NCBI RefSeq assembly: GCF_003010495.1 | Contig: NZ_CP027570.1 | Span: forward strand, 1,620,001-1,652,000 | Reading direction: 5' to 3' | Length of the DNA stretch: 32,000 nucleotides | Source of the DNA: Megasphaera elsdenii DSM 20460 | GTDB lineage: Bacteria; Bacillota; Negativicutes; Veillonellales; Megasphaeraceae | In this document: positions 7,883 through 14,079 of the stretch, one piece after another | Layout: every line of letters starts with the position of its first letter | How positions within the stretch are numbered: the stretch's first letter is position 1 | Position numbers and translations under genes: made by a program | Notes under the pieces: generated by a model | Databases searched by the model: none | Told to the model about the DNA's origin: nothing | Seen by the model: only the letters and a program-made list of their open reading frames with translations

Positions 7883-8340
7883 GGGAAGGGAACGTGTTTT
7901 ACGTCTAACTGCTGCATCATAGTGAAAAAAGTAAATATCCAAGACGTGCCTGTGGCCGTCCGTAGTCCGGAAATTGCGGAATCGTTCATCGTTCATCGTT
8001 GGCGAAACGGGTTCGCTGACGCATCGCCTCGGACTCAGATGGCGCTGCGCGCCTTTAGACTCAGGATTATATTACGACCATGCGCAGTCCGTCATAAATT
8101 CCGTGACGATGCCATTATTCTGGGCGGGATTGCCAAGCGCAATCCCCTACGAAATCGCATACAGGCGATATTAAATAATTATACGGCCGTAGGGGCGCCC
8201 ATAACCGGGCGCCCGCGTGAATCCTGGGCATAGCCGGAATTTATGACATGTGGCACACGGTCGTAATGCAATCCGGAATTTCAGGATGCGCAGCATCCAT
8301 CTGAGTCCGAGAAATGTCATTAAAAATAGATTAAACTTTT
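7883..8340. repeat. Large nested palindromic repeat element (family copy R3)
   Basis: Inverted arms at 8028-8103 and 8235-8311 share identical blocks of 15, 7, 5, 9 and 13 nt. The 131-bp core holds hairpins at 8126-8146, 8154-8169 and 8193-8214 (GGGCGCCC-N6-GGGCGCCC). Positions 8006-8028 match R1 1713-1735 at 21/23. Confidence 0.7.
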
Positions 8341-8345
8341 TGAGC

Positions 8346-8388
8346 TGACCCCCAATTGTTAGACCTAACATCTAACGATTGGGGGTCA
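8346..8388. repeat. Strong isolated hairpin (17-bp stem, 7-nt loop) flanking the TnpB element left end
   Basis: tgacccccaattgttaga-cctaaca-tctaacgattgggggtca has one T.G mismatch and no adjacent T-tract on either strand. Confidence 0.7.
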
Positions 8389-8429
8389 CATCATGTCGTG
8401 GCTCCTATTTATCTTTTCCCGCCAGAAGA

Positions 8430-8450
8430 CTCCCACCTCTTAGGTGGGGG
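8430..8450 (+). repeat. Left-end subterminal imperfect palindrome of the TnpB element
   Basis: 8-bp stem (one T.G) with a 5-nt loop. It shares the CTCCC(A/G)C stem core with the RE hairpin. Confidence 0.6.
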
Positions 8451-8572
8451 ATGAATGGCGGTGCTTGAGTGGGTTCAATGCCCGTAAAAAGCACAAAAAC
8501 GCTGTAACTCATCTTGAAAATCATCACTATTTCCCACATAATAATCATATAATAAAAAAGGAGGTGAAAAAT

Positions 8573-9829
8573 GTGTATCTTACTCAATCAAATGTCATCA
8601 GAAATCTTTCCAAAGAAGACTATGCCATGCTGCGGGAGATGTGCCAATACAGCAATAACCTCTACAACGTGGCTCTCTACAACATCAGGCAATACTATTT
8701 CCAAGCGAAGAAGTTCTTGAAATACGAAGAAAATTACCATGTCTGCAAGGAAAACGAAAACTACGGTCTGTTGCAGGCTGGCGTGTCTCAGCAGATATTG
8801 AAGGTGGCTGACCGCAGTTTCAAGTCATTCTTCAATCTCATAAAAAAGGCAAAATCAGGAGAATATCGCTTCAAGGACATCAAAATGCCTCACTATCGGG
8901 AAAAAGGCGGCATGTTCAACCTGATTCTTTCCACGAACGCCATAAACGTAAAAGATGGATTCTTGACGATTCCCATGAGTCGGGGATTTTCTAAACGGCA
9001 TGGCCGTAAGCCAATCAAAATCCCTTTCCCTGCAAGACTGAAAGAAAAAACTATCAAGGAAGTCCGTATCTGCCCCGTATATAATGGCAGATACTTCAAA
9101 ATCCAGTATTGCTATCTTCAGGAGAAAGAACCTCAAGACGTTTCACCGGACAATGTCCTTGCTATCGACATCGGTCTTGAAAATCTGGCAACTTGCGTGA
9201 CCAACACCGGGACGGCGTTCATTATGGACGGGCGTAAACTTAAATCAATCAACCAGTATTGGAACAAGCAGAAAGCCTACTATCAGGGGATTGCCGACAA
9301 ACAAGGACAGAAGAAAACGCACAGGCTCTATGCCTTAGCAAGAAAACGTAACAATCGGACACAGGACTACCTCCGCAAGATTGCCCGCTATATCATCAAC
9401 TACTGTATCGAACACCATATCGGAACCATCGTCTGCGGTTATAACGGTGACTTTAAACGTAGTATCGACCTGGGTAGGATAACCAACCAGCAGTTTACGC
9501 AAATCAGTTTCGGTAATCTGCGTGAAACACTGGAAGGACTTTGCGAGCGTTACGGTATGCGATATATCGAACAGGAAGAATCTTACACTTCTCAAGCAAG
9601 TGGCTTGGATTTGGACGATATTCCTGTCTATAATCCTGAACAGCCGTATACTGGCACGTTTAGTGGGAAGCGTATCCACCGTGGCTTGTACCAGTTCGCC
9701 GATGGCAGGATGGCCAACGCGGATGTGAATGGAGCATACAACATACTCCGTAAAAGTAAGCAGAACTTCGATTTCGAGGGACTGTGTAAGGGGCTTTTGG
9801 ACAGCCCTTTGAGAATAAGGATATCCTGA
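8573..9829 (+). CDS. tnpB: TnpB-family RNA-guided endonuclease (OrfB_IS605)
   Basis: RuvC-like motifs AIDIGLEN (D), IEQEESYTSQ (E) and NADVNGAYNILRK (D). GTG 8573 is preferred over the track start 8444 because RBS aaaggagg lies at 8557-8564. The segment between the E and D motifs contains no cysteine. Confidence 0.9.
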   Translation: MYLTQSNVIRNLSKEDYAMLREMCQYSNNLYNVALYNIRQYYFQAKKFLKYEENYHVCKENENYGLLQAGVSQQILKVADRSFKSFFNLIKKAKSGEYRFKDIKMPHYREKGGMFNLILSTNAINVKDGFLTIPMSRGFSKRHGRKPIKIPFPARLKEKTIKEVRICPVYNGRYFKIQYCYLQEKEPQDVSPDNVLAIDIGLENLATCVTNTGTAFIMDGRKLKSINQYWNKQKAYYQGIADKQGQKKTHRLYALARKRNNRTQDYLRKIARYIINYCIEHHIGTIVCGYNGDFKRSIDLGRITNQQFTQISFGNLRETLEGLCERYGMRYIEQEESYTSQASGLDLDDIPVYNPEQPYTGTFSGKRIHRGLYQFADGRMANADVNGAYNILRKSKQNFDFEGLCKGLLDSPLRIRIS

Positions 9830-9923
9830 CAGCTAACTCCTTTGGGATAGGTTGTCAGGCGTTAGTCCATGTATCAAACTTCTCAAGAATCTCCCGCTTC
9901 TATAAGCGGGAGAGGTTCAAATT
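9700..9923 (+). ncRNA. Predicted omega (re)RNA scaffold overlapping the tnpB 3' end and RE. Boundaries are a guess
   Basis: Placed by analogy with characterised TnpB elements. Local hairpins lie at 9791-9806 (gggct/agccc), 9825-9859 (cctgaca/tgtcagg, spanning the stop codon) and 9890-9913. There is no direct transcript evidence. Confidence 0.3.
9890..9913 (+). repeat. Right-end subterminal palindrome of the TnpB element
   Basis: tctcccgc-ttctataa-gcgggaga: an 8-bp perfect stem. Confidence 0.6.
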
Positions 9924-10140
9924 CTGTATTCCTTAAACAATTTTTCTTGGAATTCTGCATCTTCCGTAGCTTTCGTCGCATCATCGTAACGTTTTTCCTT
10001 CAACAATAAACTCATCAATTAAAGGTTTTTACCATCATACAGGCACCTTTTTGTACGTCGTTTGTCGTGATGTTTAAAACTTTTAATAATTTGCCGTACG
10101 GGAGACATCGCTTTTCTTATATTTGTGAGAATTTTCGACG

Positions 10141-10240
10141 GACGATGAACGAACTACGATGAACGAACTACGATGAACGTTCGCCAGCCACGGACTGCGA
10201 ACGGCCAACTGCGGACTGCGGCGCCGCAGGCGCCTACTCC
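10141..10240. repeat. Repeat-family copy R4 with a 14-mer tandem array and a GGCGCC hairpin
   Basis: GATGAACGAACTAC occurs about 2.5 times (10144-10179). GGACTGCG words follow (ccacggactgcgaacggccaactgcggactgcg), then ggcgcc-gca-ggcgcc at 10220-10234. Confidence 0.6.
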
Positions 10241-10277
10241 CCATGAAATACATAAATAGAATATCCAGCTCTATTCT

Positions 10278-10314
10278 ATAAGCATTTCACATTTCATTTA
10301 TCGATTGTTACAAT
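10278..10314 (+). promoter_or_regulatory. Shared operator-like 19-mer plus extended -10 (site B), upstream of the flavodoxin gene
   Basis: ATAAGCATTTCACATTTCA (10278-10296), 9 nt, then TGTTACAAT (10306-10314). Confidence 0.55.
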
Positions 10315-10365
10315 GAAACTGTAAAGAATTAAGGCTTTTGGTTTTCGGAATGAAGGAGCATGACG

Positions 10366-10863
10366 ATGAAGAAGATGCTGATTGTTTATTATAGTTGGAG
10401 CAATGGGAATACCGCGAAGATTGCAGCTCAGCTGCAGCGGGTTGCCGGCACTGACATGGAACGAATTGAAACGCTTCATCCCTATGAAGGCAGATATGAC
10501 GATGTCGTGGCTCAGGGCCAGCGGGAAGTGAACAGCGGCTTCATGCCGGAAATCAAGGCCCTGCCGTATGATCCGGCGGATTATGACGTCATTGCCGTAG
10601 GTACGCCTACTTGGTGGTATACGATGGCGCCGGCGGTCAAGTCTTTTTTTGCGGATCATGATTTCAGCGGCAAGCAGGTCATCCTTTTCCAGACCCACGG
10701 CGGCTGGCCCGGCCATACGCTGAAAGATATGGAAAAGGCCTGCCGGGGCGCGTCTTTCGGTCCGTCGCTGGCGGTACAGTTCGATTCGACCGGCGGCAGT
10801 AAGTTGGTGACAGCTGCACAGGACATCGATGATTGGATTGAGGAAGTGAAGCAGTGTTTATAG
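10366..10863 (+). CDS. Flavodoxin-like protein (Flavodoxin_4-type), cytoplasmic
   Basis: MKKMLIVYYSWSNGNTAKIAAQL...IAVGTPTWWYTMAP is a flavodoxin-fold signature. ATG 10366 is preferred because RBS gaaggag lies at 10352-10358. No signal peptide. Confidence 0.85.
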   Translation: MKKMLIVYYSWSNGNTAKIAAQLQRVAGTDMERIETLHPYEGRYDDVVAQGQREVNSGFMPEIKALPYDPADYDVIAVGTPTWWYTMAPAVKSFFADHDFSGKQVILFQTHGGWPGHTLKDMEKACRGASFGPSLAVQFDSTGGSKLVTAAQDIDDWIEEVKQCL

Positions 10864-10928
10864 GAGAAAGCAGGTACTATGAAAAACTAGGCTTTTAATA
10901 TTTGCCGTACGTATTCCTGAAACTAAAT

Positions 10929-10966
10929 TATAGGCATTTCACATTTCACAGAAACCTTGGTAAGAT
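10929..10966 (+). promoter_or_regulatory. Shared operator-like 19-mer plus extended -10 (site C), upstream of the small-ORF/cupin operon
   Basis: ATAGGCATTTCACATTTCA (10929-10947), 10 nt, then TGGTAAGAT (10958-10966). The 14-mer TGGTAAGATAAGAG is identical to site A. Confidence 0.55.
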
Positions 10967-11005
10967 AAGAGTGTAAAGAAAACAAGGTCTCAGGAGGTAG
11001 ATGCC

Positions 11006-11212
11006 ATGGATGAAAAAGTACGGCAGAACCTGGTCGATGCGGGCTGCTCGGAAGGCTTCATTGACGACTATGCAGCAGCGGGCAGCGGCAGTGAACAGCT
11101 TTGCCGCCTGCGGCAGCATCGGAAAGAACTGCTCCGCCGCATACATGACGGCCAGCGCCAGCTCGATTGTCTTGATTATTTGATTTATCAGGTGAAAAGA
11201 GGAAAGTCATGA
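11006..11212 (+). CDS. Small conserved hypothetical protein (68 aa), translationally coupled to the cupin gene
   Basis: RBS aggagg (10992-10997) lies 8 nt before ATG 11006, and the stop overlaps the cupin start (ATGA at 11209-11212). The sequence ...LRQHRKELLRRIHDGQRQLDCLDYLIYQVK looks helical. The family is recalled from other Firmicutes and has no known function. Confidence 0.6.
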   Translation: MDEKVRQNLVDAGCSEGFIDDYAAAGSGSEQLCRLRQHRKELLRRIHDGQRQLDCLDYLIYQVKRGKS

Positions 11213-11628
11213 ATTTAGAAGAAATCAAAAAGAACGGTCCCTTTGCCATCGGCGGGGAAAATGTCGATTACGCCCAGTATTTCGACGGTACGAGCTATCT
11301 CAATATGATCTCACTGAAGCAGGTCGTCGTCGGCAATGTGACTTTTGAAGCGGGCTGCCGCAATCACTGGCACATCCATCATGCTACAAAAGGCGGCGGC
11401 CAGATGCTCCTGGTCACGGCCGGCCGCGGCTGGTATCAGGAATGGGGCGAACCGGCCCAGGCGCTCCATGCCGGCGACGTCGTCCACATCCCGGCCAACG
11501 TCAAGCATTGGCACGGTGCCGCCAAGGACAGTGCCTTCCAGCATCTGGCCATCGAAGTCGACGGGACCGATACGAGTACGGAATGGTGTGAAGCCGTCAA
11601 GGAGGCTGATTATGAAGCTCTTCCGTAA
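11209..11628 (+). CDS. Cupin-domain protein
   Basis: Cupin_2-like metal motif: GNVTFEAGCRNHWHIHH...GQMLLVTAGRGWYQEWG...GDVVHIPANVKHWHGA. Confidence 0.85.
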   Translation: MNLEEIKKNGPFAIGGENVDYAQYFDGTSYLNMISLKQVVVGNVTFEAGCRNHWHIHHATKGGGQMLLVTAGRGWYQEWGEPAQALHAGDVVHIPANVKHWHGAAKDSAFQHLAIEVDGTDTSTEWCEAVKEADYEALP

Positions 11629-12064
11629 GCCGTTGTTAGCAGCCGGGCTCATCGCCCTGGCCGGGATAGGATTTTTGGGAACAGGAGATGCATTTGCCAT
11701 GAATACAACTGATAATCAGCCGAAAAAAGCCGTTAAAATTGTCCAGACCGCAGGGCGGCAGCAGCTGGGAAACTTTGCCCCCGATTTTGCCCGTTATAAT
11801 GACGACATCCTCTTTGGTGAAGTGTGGAGCAAGAACGATGTCCTGCCCCTCAAAGAACGGAGCATCGTCACCGTGTCGGCCCTCATCGCCCAGGGCATTA
11901 CTGACAGTTCTTTGAAATATCATATGGAAACAGCCAGGAAAAATGGCGTCACTAAGGACGAAATGGCCGAAATCATTACGCAGCTCGCCTTTTACAGCGG
12001 CTGGCCCAAAGCCTGGGCTGCCTTTGGCTATGCCAAAGAAGTATATAGTGAAAATATTAAATAA
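11612..12064 (+). CDS. Carboxymuconolactone decarboxylase (CMD/AhpD-like fold) family protein with a signal peptide
   Basis: An internal ATG at 11612 has RBS ggagg at 11601-11605 (the track ORF 11345 is over-extended). Signal peptide MKLFRKPLLAAGLIALAGIGFLGTGDAFA. CMD-domain signature ERSIVTVSALIAQG...GVTKDEMAEIITQLAFYSGWPKA. No CxxC. Confidence 0.85.
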   Translation: MKLFRKPLLAAGLIALAGIGFLGTGDAFAMNTTDNQPKKAVKIVQTAGRQQLGNFAPDFARYNDDILFGEVWSKNDVLPLKERSIVTVSALIAQGITDSSLKYHMETARKNGVTKDEMAEIITQLAFYSGWPKAWAAFGYAKEVYSENIK

Positions 12065-12095
12065 AGTGTAATTTTTGAGAAAGGATCTGAGTTAA

Positions 12096-12722
12096 ATGAT
12101 GAAGAAAATTTTAACGCTTGCCTTGAGCAGCCTCATGGTCCTGGGCCTAGCTGCCTGTGGAAATACAAACAGTGCAGATACGTCTTCAAACACATCGAAA
12201 AAGACGGATACGGCGGCCCAGGCTCCGGCCAAGGGCAATGGCAAGACGTTGGTCGTCTATTATTCGGCTGGCGGCCATACGAAGAACGTCGCCAATTATA
12301 TCGCTAAAGCGACCAACGGCGACGTCATGGAACTGAAACCGGTCCAGGACTATACGGAAGCGGACCTGGACTATAATAATCGGGACAGCCGCGTCTATCG
12401 CGAACACGATGATGCCAGCCTGCGCGACATTCCCTTGGTCAAGGATAAGGCCGACAACTGGGAAGGCTATGATACGGTCTTTATCGGGTATCCTATTTGG
12501 TGGGGCATCGCTGCCTGGCCGGTAGATACTTTTGTCAAGCACAATGACTTCAGTGGCAAGACGGTCATCCCCTTTGCCACGTCGGCCAGTTCGGGCCTCG
12601 GCGACAGCGGCAGACAGCTGCAACAGATGGCTGGCACGGGCAGCTGGCTGGAAGGCAAGCGTTTCCCGTCCAATGTGTCGGAAAGTACGGTTCAGCAGTG
12701 GGTTCAGAGCCTGAATCGCTGA
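12096..12722 (+). CDS. Lipoprotein with a flavodoxin-like (Flavodoxin_4-type) domain
   Basis: Lipobox signal MMKKILTLALSSLMVLGLAAC, a Ser/Thr-rich linker, then KTLVVYYSAGGHTKNVANYIAK...IGYPIWWGIAAWP, which is paralogous to 10366..10863. Confidence 0.8.
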   Translation: MMKKILTLALSSLMVLGLAACGNTNSADTSSNTSKKTDTAAQAPAKGNGKTLVVYYSAGGHTKNVANYIAKATNGDVMELKPVQDYTEADLDYNNRDSRVYREHDDASLRDIPLVKDKADNWEGYDTVFIGYPIWWGIAAWPVDTFVKHNDFSGKTVIPFATSASSGLGDSGRQLQQMAGTGSWLEGKRFPSNVSESTVQQWVQSLNR

Positions 12723-12730
12723 TAGAAAAA

Positions 12731-12766
12731 GAAGGAGGTTGTCTGAATAAGGCAGCCTTCTTTTTT
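12731..12766 (+). terminator. Rho-independent terminator after the lipoprotein-flavodoxin gene
   Basis: Stem gaa..ggttgtc / ggcagcc..ttc (with wobble pairs and a bulge) followed by TTTTTT (12761-12766). Confidence 0.55.
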
Positions 12767-12808
12767 ATTTAAATAATCATAGCAAAAAAGCATTGATTAA
12801 CAAAGTTC

Positions 12809-12845
12809 ATAGGTATTTGTTATTCAATAGATAGCAAAGTATACT
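12809..12845 (+). promoter_or_regulatory. Degenerate copy of the shared operator plus a -10 (site D), upstream of the hydrolase
   Basis: ATAGGTATTTGTTATTCAA (12809-12827) matches the motif at 13/19. TATACT at 12840-12845 has the same 12-nt offset to the -10 hexamer as site A. Confidence 0.3.
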
Positions 12846-12895
12846 GTAATCAAGCAATAGAGAGTTTCAAAAGTGTTGAAAAAGGAGAATGTAAC

Positions 12896-14050
12896 ATGAA
12901 AAAACATCAGAAAGCCTTATTAATAGCGGCTGCTTTATGGGTGAGTACCTTTCCCTTTTCTGGATTCGGCACGGGTGCCGCATATGCGGCGACACCGGCA
13001 GCGGTTTTGCAGGCGAGATCGCAGATGAAACAGTCTTCCATCAGCGAATTAACGAATGATACACGGGTATTCAAGGTTGACCCCAAGATTGAAGCGAAGA
13101 ATGTCCGCTTTCAGAACCGTTATGGTTTCGACATCGCTGGCCACCTTTATTTGCCGAAAAATTTCGATGCCCAGAAGCAATATAAGGCCGTCGTCGTTTC
13201 GGGGCCTTTCGGCGCTGTCAAAGAACAATCTTCCGGCTTATATGCTCAGGAAATGGCAAAACACGGATATGTTGCTGTCGCCTTTGATCCGTCCATGACT
13301 GGAGAAAGCGGGGGCACGCGCCGTAATATGGCTTCGCCTGATATCTTTGTAGAAGATTATAGTGCTGCTGTCGATTTCATCAGTAATTTGAAATTCGTCA
13401 ATCCCGATAAAGTAGGGGCTATTGGCATCTGTGGTCTGTCCGGTATGGCCCTGACGGCTGCTGCCAATGACACGCGCATCAAAGCCGTCGCAACTTCAGC
13501 GATGTATGATATGTCCGACAGTATCCGCAATCACTATCAAGGAGATTACTATACGCCGGAACAGCGGGAAAAAGTGAAGGAACATTTGGCTGTTATGCGG
13601 GACAAAGAAGCCAAAGAAGGGCAGGCTATCCCGGGCTCGCATGAACTGGATGCGCAGGGACATATCATTTCTCATGATACGATGTTTCCAGACAAACTGC
13701 CAGCCGATGCAAATAGTGTAGTGAAAGGATTTTATGATTATTACGTAGGGCGGGCATATCATCCGCGGTCCATCAACTCCAATACACTGGCCTGGGATTC
13801 GACAACGCCGTATGGATTCTTCAACTTCTCTCTCATGGAACACATTGATGAAATCAGCCCGCGTCCGGTCCTGCTCATTACCGGTGAGAAAGCTCACTCG
13901 AAATACTTTGCCGATGCGGCGTATGCTAAATTAAAGGCTCCGAAACGGGAAATCGTTGTTCCCGGGGCTACGCATACCGATTTATATGATCAGATGGATA
14001 AGATTCCTTTTGCCGATTTGGTCCAATTTTTTGACGATGCCTTGAAATAA
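12896..14050 (+). CDS. Secreted alpha/beta-hydrolase fold protein
   Basis: Signal peptide [31 protein letters not shown]. Nucleophile elbow GICGLSGMA (GxSxG). RBS aaggag lies upstream. Confidence 0.8.
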   Translation: MKKHQKALLIAAALWVSTFPFSGFGTGAAYAATPAAVLQARSQMKQSSISELTNDTRVFKVDPKIEAKNVRFQNRYGFDIAGHLYLPKNFDAQKQYKAVVVSGPFGAVKEQSSGLYAQEMAKHGYVAVAFDPSMTGESGGTRRNMASPDIFVEDYSAAVDFISNLKFVNPDKVGAIGICGLSGMALTAAANDTRIKAVATSAMYDMSDSIRNHYQGDYYTPEQREKVKEHLAVMRDKEAKEGQAIPGSHELDAQGHIISHDTMFPDKLPADANSVVKGFYDYYVGRAYHPRSINSNTLAWDSTTPYGFFNFSLMEHIDEISPRPVLLITGEKAHSKYFADAAYAKLKAPKREIVVPGATHTDLYDQMDKIPFADLVQFFDDALK

Positions 14051-14079
14051 AAGTAAGCACCTTAGAAAGGATCCTTCAT

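Larger units (their letters stand above)
8411..9923 (+). mobile_element. IS200/IS605-family element carrying only tnpB (IS1341-like). Ends estimated to about +/-10 nt
   Basis: Related subterminal hairpins: LE ctcccacc-tctta-ggtggggg (8430-8450) and RE tctcccgc-ttctataa-gcgggaga (9890-9913). Ends were placed using IS608-like spacing (about 19 nt before the LE hairpin, about 10 nt after the RE hairpin). No Y1 tnpA is present. Confidence 0.75.

Noticed and set aside
6716-7996. Very long antisense ORFs opposite well-supported genes: 6716..7996(-), 23844..25121(-), 25206..26219(-), 22598..23497(-), 16292..17005(-), 27596..28330(-), 482..1210(+), 2004..2699(+).
   Set aside because: Each fully overlaps a gene with strong family motifs on the other strand. 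Their translations are Arg/Ala/Gly/Asp-rich low-complexity with no motifs or RBS. This is the usual artefact of GC-rich, RNY-biased coding sequence.
8444-8572. N-terminal extensions in the ORF track: tnpB from 8444, MATE from 17073, ATPase from 19526, tgt from 26134, CMD from 11345, LysR to 15673, rpmF from 5347, SpoIID from 23751.
   Set aside because: In each case an internal start with a proper Shine-Dalgarno site and the canonical family N-terminus exists. The extensions run through terminators, IS ends, upstream genes or pseudogenes.
9917-10015. A 32-codon minus-strand ORF (MSLLLKEKRYDDATKATEDAEFQEKLFKEYRI) ending inside the TnpB right end, possibly a small gene disrupted by the insertion and originally terminated by the 8346-8388 hairpin.
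   Set aside because: It has no convincing RBS and is very short. All three reading frames across the reconstructed empty site hit stops within about 35 nt, so the reconstruction carries no information. It is kept only as a note for empty-site comparison.
11001-11183. Alternative small ORF (MPWMKKYGRTW...) overlapping the 68-aa ORF in another frame.
   Set aside because: Its start is only 3 nt from the RBS and its composition is Ala/Ser/Arg-rich. It does not couple to the downstream cupin start, whereas the 11006 frame does and has a helical, conserved-looking sequence.
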